Source: Candidatus Obscuribacteraceae bacterium (GTDB taxonomy: Bacteria > Cyanobacteriota > Vampirovibrionia > Obscuribacterales > Obscuribacteraceae). From it: a DNA stretch of 64,000 nucleotides. Below are positions 1 through 10,465 of the stretch, one piece after another. The notes beneath the pieces were generated by a model, which was not told where the DNA came from, ran no database searches, and saw only the letters and a program-made list of their open reading frames with translations. How positions within the stretch are numbered: position 1 is the stretch's first letter; every line of letters begins with the position of its first letter. The stretch is taken from positions 32,001 to 96,000 of the forward strand of contig JBGASG010000012.1 in assembly GCA_044229845.1 (NCBI GenBank), in the 5' to 3' direction. Both the position numbers and the translations under genes were made by a program.

Positions 1-774
1 CCACATACGGTGACAAAGCTTTGGGTAGAACACACACCTGTGACCGTGGACGATCTGCTCTTCTGGCCTTTGATAGGCATTGTCGGCGGCGTACTGGGTG
101 CGGGTTTCAATGCTTCCGTCATGGCTGCTTTACGCATAAACAAGGCTATGAAAATCCCCACCACATTGAAAGTCGGACTCGCCGGTTTGCTCTCCGGGAT
201 AGTTGTGGCGCTGTTGCCCCACAACGCCATCGACTATGCACACCTGCGTGAATTGGTCATCGCCGGCTCAACTCCGGCACCGCTGCTGGCGATGATGTCG
301 GTCGCGTTTCTGTTTCTCACTGCCTCGGCTTACGGCTCCGGCGCGCCGGGTGGATTATTTGCGCCCGCGCTTACCATCGGATCATTCGGCGGCGCTGCGG
401 TCGCCTGGCTGCAAAGCATGACCACCGGCGCCGACTCGATGCAGGCATTCGCGGTGCTCGGCATGGGCGCAGTCTTCGCCGGCGTCGCCCGTGTCCCACT
501 CACCGCCATCGTCATCATTTGCGAGATGACCGCGCAATTCGAATTGATGCTGCCTCTGATGATCACGTGTATCATCGCCACACTGGTCGCCGAAAAACTG
601 TATCCCCGCTCCATCTACGATCGCCTCGTCGACTGGGGAGGCTACACAAAGGAAGAGACTTCTAAAGCTCAGGAAGAAACTTCGACAGCTGCGGAAGAGA
701 CCCAGGCAGAGCCAACAGAAACGCCCGATGCAGAGCCAGTTACCTCCCCACTGCCCGCGGAAGAAAAGTCGTGA
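1..774 (+). CDS. ClC-family chloride channel / Cl-/H+ antiporter, C-terminal part (5' end outside window)
   Basis: GAPGGLFAP and ARVPLTAIVIICEMT motifs, SIY near the C-terminus, many hydrophobic helices; frame is open from base 1. Confidence 0.9.
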   Translation, partial: PHTVTKLWVEHTPVTVDDLLFWPLIGIVGGVLGAGFNASVMAALRINKAMKIPTTLKVGLAGLLSGIVVALLPHNAIDYAHLRELVIAGSTPAPLLAMMSVAFLFLTASAYGSGAPGGLFAPALTIGSFGGAAVAWLQSMTTGADSMQAFAVLGMGAVFAGVARVPLTAIVIICEMTAQFELMLPLMITCIIATLVAEKLYPRSIYDRLVDWGGYTKEETSKAQEETSTAAEETQAEPTETPDAEPVTSPLPAEEKS

Positions 775-1265
775 AACCTATAAAACTATCGCGTCAGGCA
801 TACGAACGCTATGGCACCGTAATTGGTGCCGATGAAACCTTGCCGTTCAAGCCGGCGAATATGGGTACTGCAAAGCGTTTCAACTATCTCGCCGACATCC
901 AGAATCGACGCCCGGACGCACGTCTCAACATGTGTGTGTTTCGTTGCAGCGCCGCTCAATTGCCCCTCGAAATCAGATTGCTGGAGAAACATGAACACTC
1001 CACGCAGATTTTCCTGCCCATGAATGCCACCGCCAAATATCTGGCCATCGTTTGCCTGGGCGGCGACGCGCCAGATCTGGAGACGCTCTCGGCGTTTCTC
1101 GTCGAAGGCCCGCAAGGCATAAGTTATTACCCGGGAGTGTGGCACTACCCGATGACGGCGCTTAGCGAACCAATCGACTTCGCCTGCCTGGTCGCCGAGA
1201 ACGACTCCGTCGACGACTGCACCATTCACACTTTCGAGCACCCGCTCACTATCGAGACGGAGTGA
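771..1265 (+). CDS. allA: Ureidoglycolate lyase
   Basis: LLEKHEHSTQIFLP and GISYYPGVWHYP motifs; 4-bp overlap with the upstream gene. Confidence 0.85.
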   Translation: MKPIKLSRQAYERYGTVIGADETLPFKPANMGTAKRFNYLADIQNRRPDARLNMCVFRCSAAQLPLEIRLLEKHEHSTQIFLPMNATAKYLAIVCLGGDAPDLETLSAFLVEGPQGISYYPGVWHYPMTALSEPIDFACLVAENDSVDDCTIHTFEHPLTIETE

Positions 1266-1275
1266 GATGGGATGC

Positions 1276-4200
1276 TCAGGCGAATTTCGGGTTGAGGACC
1301 GGAGTCTGGCTTTCGTCGGCTACGGTGGCGACAGCCGTCGGGTCCTTCGGTCCACGCAGTTGCGCCTTGGCCTTCAGCTTCGCCAGCACGGGCAATGCAA
1401 TTAGCGGTCCCACAGGATTGTCGGGAGCACCTGTATCAACATTGACGACAACAGCTGCCAATGCTGGTTGCAAGCCCCCTTGTAGCGCCGGCTGCATGGC
1501 GGGTATAACTGCAGTCGTTGCAGGCGCCGCCGCCACTCCCATCACACTTGCCAATGCGGTCTGCATCAACTCATTCTGCACTGCGGATTCAGTCACTACA
1601 GTCACCAGGTTTTCGATATCAAATTCGATCTTCCGTTCATGGAAGTCGACGATGTCCTGCCAGACTGGCAATTCAATCTTCTGGCGCACTCGCAGTTCGA
1701 CAATTCGTTTGCCGCCTTCATAGATTTCATTCGTGAAGGGCGCGTTGAGGTCGGCAATCAGCCAACCCAATTTGGCATCGCGAAACAGGTGTTCGGCCAG
1801 CGCAGCCAAGTCTTCGTTTGCACGCACCAGCCACGTCGGGCGCACGAGAGCGCGATAGCGACCTATTTGTTTCGCCTGCTGGGCAGTGGTGCGCGCCAGT
1901 TCTTGCGCCTTTGTCGCAGGCACATCGGCAGCGACTTCGGGAGTATTGCCTTTCTGTCCGCGCGCCCTGGCAATGCCGGCACTGATGAACAGGGCAGCCA
2001 GAGCCAGCTCCGGACCGATGAGCAGAAGGTCTTTCTTCTTGCCGCGCAGCGCTCTGGCATTCGCAAAATACAGTGTCCCTGTTAGAGGACCGATTTCTCC
2101 TGCCGCGCCACGCACCGGGAAGCGACGTGCAATCGGCACGACCAAGCCGTTGTCCAGCCTGATTTGCCCGACGCCGCCGGGTCCGACCAATGGCAACTGC
2201 GCACGCGTCACCGATTGAGCCAGTGGTCGGTCGGATGCAGCTGCTACATATCGGCCGTTGAACGAACTGCCGTCCCAACGATGTCCGACGGCTTCGAAGA
2301 ACTTGGTGCCGCCACCGAAGTGACTGAGGTGGACGTTGGCAGAGCCAGTGACGTTGGCACCGGCAGAACGGATATCTGATACTTTCAACGCGCCGAAAGC
2401 GGCATTAGCGATGGTGATTGACGAGCGCGCGGCATCCGATGCGCTCAATGCGCCACTGAGCGTGCGCCTGAAGGAAGGATCTTGAAGAATGTCGGCAACG
2501 TTGAGAACAGCTCCTGCCATCCGCCGGAAGATTTCTTTCTCGGTTTCGGTTTGCTCGAAAGCGCGGTATCTGCCGCCCCGAGCACCGGCGATGCCGCCTT
2601 CGGCGGCTGCCCAGGTAGCAGCCATCAAAATCGCATGCGTGCGATTGCTGTCGCGCCAGAGGATGGCGCTGTCGTCCTTGCCCGGCACTATGCGAGCGAA
2701 CTTCAGCAGTGCATCGGTTCCGGCGGCGCGTTCGTCACCCGCACTCTTCACGTATTTCTTGACCGCGTTTTCCACCCGGCGAATCTCTTCTTCCGCAGCT
2801 CTTGCTGCTTCCACCAGGTTCTGCTTGATGCGTTGCAACTCAGCTGCCGCTAACGCAGCCTTGTCGCCAGGCTTGAGCGGGTCTGTCCCCGCCGGTGTCT
2901 CGCCGGTCCGACGCGCGTCTCCCGGTGTGGCCGATCCGCCTGAACGCGTGACGGCTGAAGGATCGGGCATCATGAAGCTGCCGGAGAAATCATTGACGCG
3001 CCAACCAATCATCTCGCCTGGAGGAAACTTGACGGACGCGACCGACTCTCCCGGAAGCGCCCCGGCGCTCGGCGCTGCCGGCTTGCCATCGAGGCGCACA
3101 GGCTGTCCAGAGGTTGCATGCTCGGTCGTCGAGTCGGCGGTAGCCTTAACATCGGTCGCGGGAATGGCTGGCTTGAAGCCCAGTTCAGCCGACGTGGCGC
3201 GCATTGATGCCAGCGCTGTTTCTTGTTGCGCAATCGGCATTGCCTGCAATCTGTCCAGCGCCTGTCTGACGTTGCCGTCTTGATTGCTGGCAGACAGCCG
3301 AGCCAACCCGGCATTGAGGTTGCCATTGCCGGCGGTGGCGACCATGGCTACGTCGGTTTCATTCAACTTGCCGTCCGGCGGTGCAATAGCCGCCTTCAAA
3401 ACGCGAGCGCCGTCAACAAAGGTGCCGTTCTGCCCGCTGTTGATCACCGCCTGGGCGCCCACTCTGCCGTCGCCGCCTCCGGCTGCCACGACCACGCGGC
3501 CAAGCTGCTCTACGTTGCCGCCTGTGGTGGCACGCGCCGCACGCTGAACTTGATCGATACCATTGACGAGATTGTCCTGTCCCTGGTTGTTGCGACCGAT
3601 GACATCGCGCACGACGGCGGCGCCTTCGTTGAATTGCTGCGTGGCGCTGAAGCTTTGCGTGGCGCGCACACCGGCATCGTACGAATCACGCTTGTCGGAC
3701 ATGCCCGCGACATAGCCCGCGCCGGTCAGGAAATTCTGTGTGCGCCCTTCAGGCACGAAACTCGCCGTATTGGTGATGCCGTCTTCGATGGTGCGATACT
3801 GCGGCGGTCCGTTGCCGGCGTTTTGCACCGAGAGCAGCGACCTCTCGACCGACCGCGGATAGCCGCTGGGTCCGATTGTGTACTCCCCGTATGGACCTTC
3901 ATGCGTCTGCAGAAGAATTGCCGGCGCATCGCTGGCCAGTCCTGGCTTCTTCCCATCCGGACTGGCAATGCGTTCGAGATTAGTGGTGGCACGGTCGGTG
4001 AAATTGTATGTTCCGGGCGGCAACACCCCATCGCGCACCATGGCCTCGATGGCGGCGCGGTCGCCCGCGACATCGATGACACGTTGCATATTGCGCGCAT
4101 CCGTGGTTTTCTGACCGGACGCATCTATCGAAGCCGTCAGTTCAAGAGAGGTCTGCACGCCCACTTCCAGGGGCTCGGCGCCATTGTTGTTTCTTCCCAG

Positions 4201-6759
4201 CCGCTCGATGGCAGCATTAGCGCGCCGCATGTCGTAAGAGCTGGTGACGTTGCCTTGCGCATCTATTGAATAGACCCGTCCCATGTAAGTCCAGTTGTCG
4301 AAGCCGAGACTGGAGTCGCGCACCACTTTGCCCGAGGCATCCGTGTATTCGCCTAAATGAGTAGCGCGATCTTCCCCGACGGCGGCACTGTAGACCACTT
4401 CGCCTTTGTCATTCTTGGTGCGACCGAGTTCAGTGACAAACGTCTGTCCGGCCCAGCCATTGCCCTGCCCAGCCTTGTCGGCTACGTTGTGAGCACCAAT
4501 CACCGGGTCGTAAGTGCCGTCCGGCTGAATGCCGGCTTGCGCGACAGTGTCCAGAACCTGACCGATGTTCTTGCGTGCTTCTGCGAGTTGTTCGGGGGTG
4601 AGCTTTCCGGCTTCGTCTGTGGCTTTCAGCTCATCGGCAGACTGCACCAGCCCGCCGCGCAACATACATTCGCTACCGGTGCAGGCGCTGGGCGGCTCCC
4701 CGGGCTTAGAACCATAGACCAGGGCTGTCTCGATGAAACGCCCAAAACTGCCGGCACCCGCTGATTGTATGTTGTCTATAGCTTCTTCGAGGGTTTCCCC
4801 CCACTTCTTCGTTTCAACGGCGCCGCGATCGACGTCGTTGTCGCCCAACGCTTCGTAGAAATCGATGCCATCAGCGCCGCAACCAAAGCCTATTCGGCAG
4901 GTGTTTCGCAGAAAGTCGCGTTTGTTGCCGCCGGCCAGCAGTTCGGCCAGTTCGTGCGCGTGGTCGGCATCGCCTTTTTTATAACGCTCTGCAGCATCGC
5001 CCATGTCAGAGGCCAGCGCTTTTTCCAACTCTTTGGTGGCGCCCTTCCAGTCGCCCAAGAAACTGAGTGCAGCCGCGCTCACCCACGCTTTCGTGCCCTC
5101 GTCCATGCGCTTTTTCGCATCACCGCGCCCGCCGCGAATGAAGTCGGCAATGCCTCGAGCCAGATCACCACCACCGAAGTCTTTGAATTCTTCGGCACCA
5201 GATACGGCACTGTTACCGAGTCCGTATTCACCCAGGTTTTTGACGGCGTGTTCGAACTTGGCAGCGATATCGATGGTTTTCTTGCCGCCTAATTTGCTGA
5301 TGGTGTGGAAGCCTTCCAGCAGGTCACCATGGCCCGCATCGGCTAAAAGAGCCACAGCTCGGTCGACGGAGCCGTCACCGAGTCGTTTCACCACATCGCC
5401 GCTAATCTTCTTGGGTTTTGAGGCTCTTCGTTCGCCATCGACATATTTGGCGGTCTCGATCGTCAGAGCGCCTTTGTCGACTGTTAAGACTATCTCGCCA
5501 TTCTTCTTGTCGCCGTTGATAAAGGACTCGCGAGTGGTTTTGGACTCGCCACCCATTTTTACGTCGCTGGTGGTTTTCTCAAGCAGCTTGCCCTTCGAAT
5601 CCCGCTTGAAATGAACGTCGTGAGATGTACCGGCAACGAAGTCCGCATCATGCGTGCGCACCAGGTTTTTCTTTTCGGCATCGCTGTATGTTTGCGTATG
5701 AGAGGCAATCAGTTTGCCGGTCGCAGGGTCGTACTGGTTCTGAACGTCCTTGTATTCAGGCTTTCCTTTCAGTCCATCTTGGCGCATGATGCTCTGGGTG
5801 GCGACTTGTTTCTTGCCGTTCACCTCTATGTAGGTGTAGTTGAGCCGCTCTTCATGCAGTGTCTCGCCTTTGGCATTCTTCCTCAGATTGTGGACGCTGG
5901 CGCGATCTGAGCTGTCGCCGTCATACGCAATTGTGGTGGTATCAGTGCCAAGCGGCTTGCCGAGGGCGTCTTTGAGTTCACTGGTGCTGCTGACCAACCG
6001 ACCCTTCTCGTCATACTTATAGTCGGTGGTCTCTTTCGTCAGCTCTGCCCGCTTCTTGCAGCGCTCATTGAAAGTAGTGGTTTCAGATTTGGTTATCCGG
6101 TCTTTGTCGCCAAAGTGCTCATAACTATTGTGAGTTTCGCTTACACGCAGACCCTGCGAATCGAAACGACGCTTGAACTTCTCTTGCAGTTGCTGTTTGC
6201 CATCGACAATGTTGTAGAGGCGGAGCGTTTCAATCTCTACTTGATCTGGCTTGCCGTCAGCGTATTCGAGAAACTTCTCGGCAATGATGTTGCCTTTGTC
6301 GTCGTACTTCGCATAGTCGGTTTCGGTGCGCACGCCACTTTCATCAAACACGTGCGTGCGCTGGGCTTCGAGTTTGCCCTTCGCATCGTACTTGAAGGCA
6401 TGATCTTCGACCAGGTCACCGGCTGTCGAATAAAGTCGCTGTGCGACCTTGACGCCATTGATGTAGATGGTGCGGACTTCGTGCTCGCCTTCATATGTGA
6501 CCTCTGTGCGATCAGGACCCGTGCCCTGGGGCGGCTCGTCGCCTTCGAAGAAACCCTTATCGTCGAAACTCGCGGAGGCTGCCTGCGCCTGTGACAGAGT
6601 CTCGTGATCGTGGTCGTGATGGCATACGCCGGCTTCGTCGTCATCATCCTCATAGGCGGATGCCTGAAGGCTATCCGAACTGCCTTCGCTGACCTCCTCA
6701 TCTTCGTCGACGGGCGGCTCTTCTTCTAAATGCTCGTGTTTGTTCTTATCGTCGACCAC
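1276..6759 (-). CDS. Giant (1827 aa) protein: acidic N-terminus, YD/Rhs-like beta repeats, Gly/Ala-rich repeats, hydrophobic segment, C-terminal LysM-like module
   Basis: Long ORF; repeated Y-D-x-K-G motifs; C-terminal WLVRANEDLAALAEHLFRDAKLGWLIADLN resembles LysM/BON-type peptidoglycan-binding modules. Confidence 0.75.
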   Translation of the reverse strand: MVDDKNKHEHLEEEPPVDEDEEVSEGSSDSLQASAYEDDDDEAGVCHHDHDHETLSQAQAASASFDDKGFFEGDEPPQGTGPDRTEVTYEGEHEVRTIYINGVKVAQRLYSTAGDLVEDHAFKYDAKGKLEAQRTHVFDESGVRTETDYAKYDDKGNIIAEKFLEYADGKPDQVEIETLRLYNIVDGKQQLQEKFKRRFDSQGLRVSETHNSYEHFGDKDRITKSETTTFNERCKKRAELTKETTDYKYDEKGRLVSSTSELKDALGKPLGTDTTTIAYDGDSSDRASVHNLRKNAKGETLHEERLNYTYIEVNGKKQVATQSIMRQDGLKGKPEYKDVQNQYDPATGKLIASHTQTYSDAEKKNLVRTHDADFVAGTSHDVHFKRDSKGKLLEKTTSDVKMGGESKTTRESFINGDKKNGEIVLTVDKGALTIETAKYVDGERRASKPKKISGDVVKRLGDGSVDRAVALLADAGHGDLLEGFHTISKLGGKKTIDIAAKFEHAVKNLGEYGLGNSAVSGAEEFKDFGGGDLARGIADFIRGGRGDAKKRMDEGTKAWVSAAALSFLGDWKGATKELEKALASDMGDAAERYKKGDADHAHELAELLAGGNKRDFLRNTCRIGFGCGADGIDFYEALGDNDVDRGAVETKKWGETLEEAIDNIQSAGAGSFGRFIETALVYGSKPGEPPSACTGSECMLRGGLVQSADELKATDEAGKLTPEQLAEARKNIGQVLDTVAQAGIQPDGTYDPVIGAHNVADKAGQGNGWAGQTFVTELGRTKNDKGEVVYSAAVGEDRATHLGEYTDASGKVVRDSSLGFDNWTYMGRVYSIDAQGNVTSSYDMRRANAAIERLGRNNNGAEPLEVGVQTSLELTASIDASGQKTTDARNMQRVIDVAGDRAAIEAMVRDGVLPPGTYNFTDRATTNLERIASPDGKKPGLASDAPAILLQTHEGPYGEYTIGPSGYPRSVERSLLSVQNAGNGPPQYRTIEDGITNTASFVPEGRTQNFLTGAGYVAGMSDKRDSYDAGVRATQSFSATQQFNEGAAVVRDVIGRNNQGQDNLVNGIDQVQRAARATTGGNVEQLGRVVVAAGGGDGRVGAQAVINSGQNGTFVDGARVLKAAIAPPDGKLNETDVAMVATAGNGNLNAGLARLSASNQDGNVRQALDRLQAMPIAQQETALASMRATSAELGFKPAIPATDVKATADSTTEHATSGQPVRLDGKPAAPSAGALPGESVASVKFPPGEMIGWRVNDFSGSFMMPDPSAVTRSGGSATPGDARRTGETPAGTDPLKPGDKAALAAAELQRIKQNLVEAARAAEEEIRRVENAVKKYVKSAGDERAAGTDALLKFARIVPGKDDSAILWRDSNRTHAILMAATWAAAEGGIAGARGGRYRAFEQTETEKEIFRRMAGAVLNVADILQDPSFRRTLSGALSASDAARSSITIANAAFGALKVSDIRSAGANVTGSANVHLSHFGGGTKFFEAVGHRWDGSSFNGRYVAAASDRPLAQSVTRAQLPLVGPGGVGQIRLDNGLVVPIARRFPVRGAAGEIGPLTGTLYFANARALRGKKKDLLLIGPELALAALFISAGIARARGQKGNTPEVAADVPATKAQELARTTAQQAKQIGRYRALVRPTWLVRANEDLAALAEHLFRDAKLGWLIADLNAPFTNEIYEGGKRIVELRVRQKIELPVWQDIVDFHERKIEFDIENLVTVVTESAVQNELMQTALASVMGVAAAPATTAVIPAMQPALQGGLQPALAAVVVNVDTGAPDNPVGPLIALPVLAKLKAKAQLRGPKDPTAVATVADESQTPVLNPKFA

Positions 6760-6876
6760 AACCGAAATTACCTGGCCAGGTACAAGGGGTAGAGGAGTTC
6801 CCTCGGGTGCGCATTGACACTATTCCTCGATTCCGTGCAAATGTCGTGAAATCGAAGTGGCAAATTTGTGAAACGC

Positions 6877-7950
6877 CTAGTTCGAGCCAGGACTGAGTTT
6901 GCGCCGCTCGTTGCGGTCGATTGCCATCTGTAGCGAGTCAATGACCGCTCGGTTGATCTCCCAACGGTCGTTCAGCTCTGCGGCTATGTCTTGCGCCTCG
7001 TCCAGTTTTCGGTCTACCTCGGCGCCTTGCTGACCTTGCAAGACTGGAATGATTGCCAGCACGATAGCTGCCTTCTTATGATAACGGGAATCTAGACTGA
7101 CATCGCCATTTCTCTCAGACGGGTTCGCTCCGGTCATACGCGCAAGCTTGCTGCACGCTTTATCGATGTCGCCCGCTATTACTTGATGCAAGGCTTCATC
7201 AAATTCCCTACCAATCCCATACCCTTCATACACTCTTCGGTGAAAGAAGCTCCAACGATCCGCTTTGTCGCGGTACTTTCTAACTGCCCCAGTATCCCCC
7301 AGTTTGGAGTTAACTGCGATTGCTGTGGCATAGAAGTCGTCCATCGGACCGGTTAACACATCAATGGTTTTCACGCGATCGTCCATTTCCCTGATGAGAT
7401 CGGCTGCCTCTCTGTATTCATTGCGCCTTTGATAGTAGTCGAACAATTTCTTGCATCGTGGATCCCACGGCAACACATGCACGTCGTCCATCATAACTTG
7501 ATGCAACACGGCCAGAGCACGGTCGTCCTGACCAGTAAAGAACAAGGCCTCCGACAGGTTGTTACGGGCCATCTTCAGCCGGCGGTTATCCATCAAGAGC
7601 TCGGCGCGGCGCAACCGCAGCTCCAGTTTTGTCAGCCATTCTTTTTGCCTGGCTGGTTCCTCGTTTGCAAACTGACTCTGCCGAAAAACTTCATCCGGAC
7701 CAATCCAGGTATTCACAAAGGCGACTGCCATGGCAAATACCACCATTGTCAGAAAGAATGAATGGCTGAACCATCCTTTTTTGTTCTTGGAAGAGTCCGG
7801 CGGATTTTGAACCGCACTGGCGCCTGGAAGAGAAACGCCTTCGGCGTCCCCGCTGGTGAGAACGTTGGTATTCGGCGCGGTTTCGGCCGCGTCTGCGATG
7901 AAGCTGGTGTCGTCCTGCAGTCGCGGCGATGTCGGCTCTTCAGTCGGCAA
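6877..7950 (-). CDS. Membrane-anchored helical (TPR-like) hypothetical protein, paralog A
   Basis: Start re-placed at TTG 7950 (SD AGGGGG) to match the paralog; shares KKGWFSHxFFL and LRLRRAELLMD with 7997-9082. Confidence 0.7.
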   Translation of the reverse strand: MPTEEPTSPRLQDDTSFIADAAETAPNTNVLTSGDAEGVSLPGASAVQNPPDSSKNKKGWFSHSFFLTMVVFAMAVAFVNTWIGPDEVFRQSQFANEEPARQKEWLTKLELRLRRAELLMDNRRLKMARNNLSEALFFTGQDDRALAVLHQVMMDDVHVLPWDPRCKKLFDYYQRRNEYREAADLIREMDDRVKTIDVLTGPMDDFYATAIAVNSKLGDTGAVRKYRDKADRWSFFHRRVYEGYGIGREFDEALHQVIAGDIDKACSKLARMTGANPSERNGDVSLDSRYHKKAAIVLAIIPVLQGQQGAEVDRKLDEAQDIAAELNDRWEINRAVIDSLQMAIDRNERRKLSPGSN

Positions 7951-7996
7951 TTCATCACCCCCTAAAATGTAGAGAGAGTGGGCAATTTCAGATTGA

Positions 7997-9082
7997 TTAT
8001 TGCAGTTTCTGCACCTCGTTTCTCTCCATAGCAGCATATAGCGCTTCGAGAGTCGCTCGAATGGCGCCGTCTGACTGTCCGAGAAGCTCGAGTTGCTCCT
8101 TCGCGTCATTTAGTCCTTTATCCACGTCAGGTGAATGCTTGTGCTCTAGAACGGGCAATATTGCCAACATCGCTTTCGCTCTGATCGAGTGATCGTGATC
8201 GAACCGCTGGTCCCAGCGCCGTTGCGCTCCATCCGCATGGTCCGACAGGGGATTGGCGAGTCGCTCAAGCTCTTTCTGGGCTTTGCCATAATTTCCATCC
8301 AAGAGGTCCCGGCAGGCTTGGTTGAAATCCAACCCGTTTCCCCATTGCGTCACCTGATGCGGCACCAGATCCCAGCGGTCGACCTTGTCCCGGTATCTTT
8401 GTGCCTCCGCCTCATCGCCCAGTTTTCTATTGACTGCGGCGGCATGCTTGTAGAACTCGTCCGTCGGGCCGATCAGAACAGCTGAACTGATCATCTCGGC
8501 GTCAATGTCCTTCATCAGGTTAGCTTCTTGACGATACATTTGACTTTGCTCGTACATATTGAGCAGCGCCTTGTACTTGGGATTCCATGGGGTCTTGAAG
8601 TCGCTGTTCTCCACATCTGACGCAATCAACGGCAAAACCCGGTTGTTCTCTTTCATGAAAAGCAGTGCTTCGGCAAGGCTTTCACGAGCAGTGCTGATGC
8701 GTTTGCGATCCATTAAAAGCTCGGCGCGGCGCAGACGGAGCACCAGCTTTGTAATCAGTTCTTGCTGCCGCGCGGGCTCTTCGCCCGCCAGTTCATGGGA
8801 GACAAATCGGTTGTCTGGTCCAATCCACGTGTTGACGGCTGACATGCACATGGCGAAGGTGACCATGACGAGAAAAAAGGTGTGGCTGAACCAGCCCTTC
8901 TTGGGAGGTGCCGGCGCGGAGAAAGACTCAGATGCGCACGACTCCTGGGCAGGCGGCGCGGCGATACCGGACGGACCACCTTCCGCTTCCTCACACGGTC
9001 CCGAGCCATCGAGGGAAGCCGATTCGTCGCGGCTGGCGGCATCTTGTAATTGCGGGGTGGTTATGGGCTCTTCAGTCGACAC
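7997..9082 (-). CDS. Membrane-anchored helical (TPR-like) hypothetical protein, paralog B
   Basis: Start re-placed at GTG 9082; clear tandem paralog of 6877-7950. Confidence 0.7.
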   Translation of the reverse strand: MSTEEPITTPQLQDAASRDESASLDGSGPCEEAEGGPSGIAAPPAQESCASESFSAPAPPKKGWFSHTFFLVMVTFAMCMSAVNTWIGPDNRFVSHELAGEEPARQQELITKLVLRLRRAELLMDRKRISTARESLAEALLFMKENNRVLPLIASDVENSDFKTPWNPKYKALLNMYEQSQMYRQEANLMKDIDAEMISSAVLIGPTDEFYKHAAAVNRKLGDEAEAQRYRDKVDRWDLVPHQVTQWGNGLDFNQACRDLLDGNYGKAQKELERLANPLSDHADGAQRRWDQRFDHDHSIRAKAMLAILPVLEHKHSPDVDKGLNDAKEQLELLGQSDGAIRATLEALYAAMERNEVQKLQ

Positions 9083-9170
9083 ATCTTTGTTCCGGATTCG
9101 GTGTGGACGAAGCGACACTCTGATTATGCCATGAGGGGCATATAACAAATGACAGCGATTTCTGGCACTT

Positions 9171-10196
9171 ATGAGCACCGACAAACCCACCTTGAAGACT
9201 GCAGCGCCAGCCCATCCCGAAAAGGATGCAGTGGCTGGGAAATTGCTGGCTGGCGCCGGCCCATCGGTGTTTCAAATTCAGACCGAAACCGAAAATGGTA
9301 CCGGCTGGATGGTAAAACCCGGAGTGATCGTCACTGACTACCATGTCATCAAAGGCAATCAGGAAATTAAAGCTGTCGCCAGCGACGGCACAATCTTGCG
9401 CACGGCTTCCAGCAGTCTAATGAACCCGAGCGACAAGACCTTTTCGGTCGGCTGGAAAAGCGGACTCGGTCTGGATATCTACCCCGGCACATATGTCGGC
9501 TACACCGATAAGCCCTATTACTCGCCCTTCGGGCGCCAAAGCGGCTCTGCCGGCAATCTCCTCGGCGGGGCACGCCAGTGGGTGCACTTGCAAAACAACG
9601 CGGGGCGAGGCATGTCGGGTGGTCCCGATTTGAATGCGGCTGGCGAAGTGGTGAGCGTCGTGGACCGGGCTTATGGTGACCAGGAAGGGCAGGCACTGTC
9701 GAACCCGATTGAGTATGTGAAGGAGATGTCTGACCATCCAGAACGATTTCGCATGACTGAGGGTGCTTATGAAAATGGCTTTCAGGCGCTGCCTCACTTT
9801 GTGACATCGCGTCCCTTGCACGCCGGTGTGTATGGCACCGCGTACGGGTTGGGCATCACCGGTGGTGCGCGATTTGGATTGACCGAGGGCCCTCTTTCAA
9901 TCAAGCGAGGGCTGGGGGGCGCGCTGGCGGCGACCGTGCTCGGGGTGCGCACCTGGCAGGACGTGAACGGCCTGGTCAATTCCGCCAATGCAGGGGACCA
10001 GTGGAAGTATGGAGTTGCCACCGGATTTGATGCCACCATGGCTGTGGGATTAGTCACATCTGCACTTAGCCGCCGCGTACCGGGACTGGCGCTGGCATCG
10101 CGCATACTGATCGGCACCGGCCTGGCAGGCCGCATCGGAGCCGAGTTGATTCCAAATCGCTTTGTAGTAGATACCGGCGACGACAAGATCGGCTAG
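9171..10196 (+). CDS. Trypsin-like (S1) serine protease with C-terminal hydrophobic segments
   Basis: VTDYHVI (His) and GMSGGP (Ser) motifs. Confidence 0.7.
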   Translation: MSTDKPTLKTAAPAHPEKDAVAGKLLAGAGPSVFQIQTETENGTGWMVKPGVIVTDYHVIKGNQEIKAVASDGTILRTASSSLMNPSDKTFSVGWKSGLGLDIYPGTYVGYTDKPYYSPFGRQSGSAGNLLGGARQWVHLQNNAGRGMSGGPDLNAAGEVVSVVDRAYGDQEGQALSNPIEYVKEMSDHPERFRMTEGAYENGFQALPHFVTSRPLHAGVYGTAYGLGITGGARFGLTEGPLSIKRGLGGALAATVLGVRTWQDVNGLVNSANAGDQWKYGVATGFDATMAVGLVTSALSRRVPGLALASRILIGTGLAGRIGAELIPNRFVVDTGDDKIG

Positions 10197-10215
10197 GAGA
10201 GGACGCCGTATTGCG

Positions 10216-10370
10216 ACTGCGGTTTTGTCAAGGAAACCGCACAGAAACTTGTCAAAACTGCCTTTCCACTGCGGTTCTGTCAACAGATCGGCTCAGAAAC
10301 TTGACAAAACCCTGCTCCGACTGCCGCTCTGTCAAGACACCGGCTCGATAAATTGACAAAAACGCGTCCG
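10216..10370. repeat. Three degenerate 51-52 bp tandem units, each containing TGTCAA-N17-TTG(A/T)CA
   Basis: Units start at 10216, 10268 and 10320 (ACTGC...TGTCAA...TTGACAAAA). Confidence 0.85.
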
Positions 10371-10465
10371 ACAGCAGAACCGGTGATGCGTTGCGCCACA
10401 TACTGGTTTTTATAGTAGCTCAGGGGAAAGCGATAAGGACGGGGGCGCGCGTTTGTTAGAACGCC

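Noticed and set aside
10216..10370. Possible CRISPR array or sigma70 promoters (TTGACA)
   Set aside because: Units are degenerate along their whole length with no unique spacers; no -10 box at proper spacing; located between convergent gene ends
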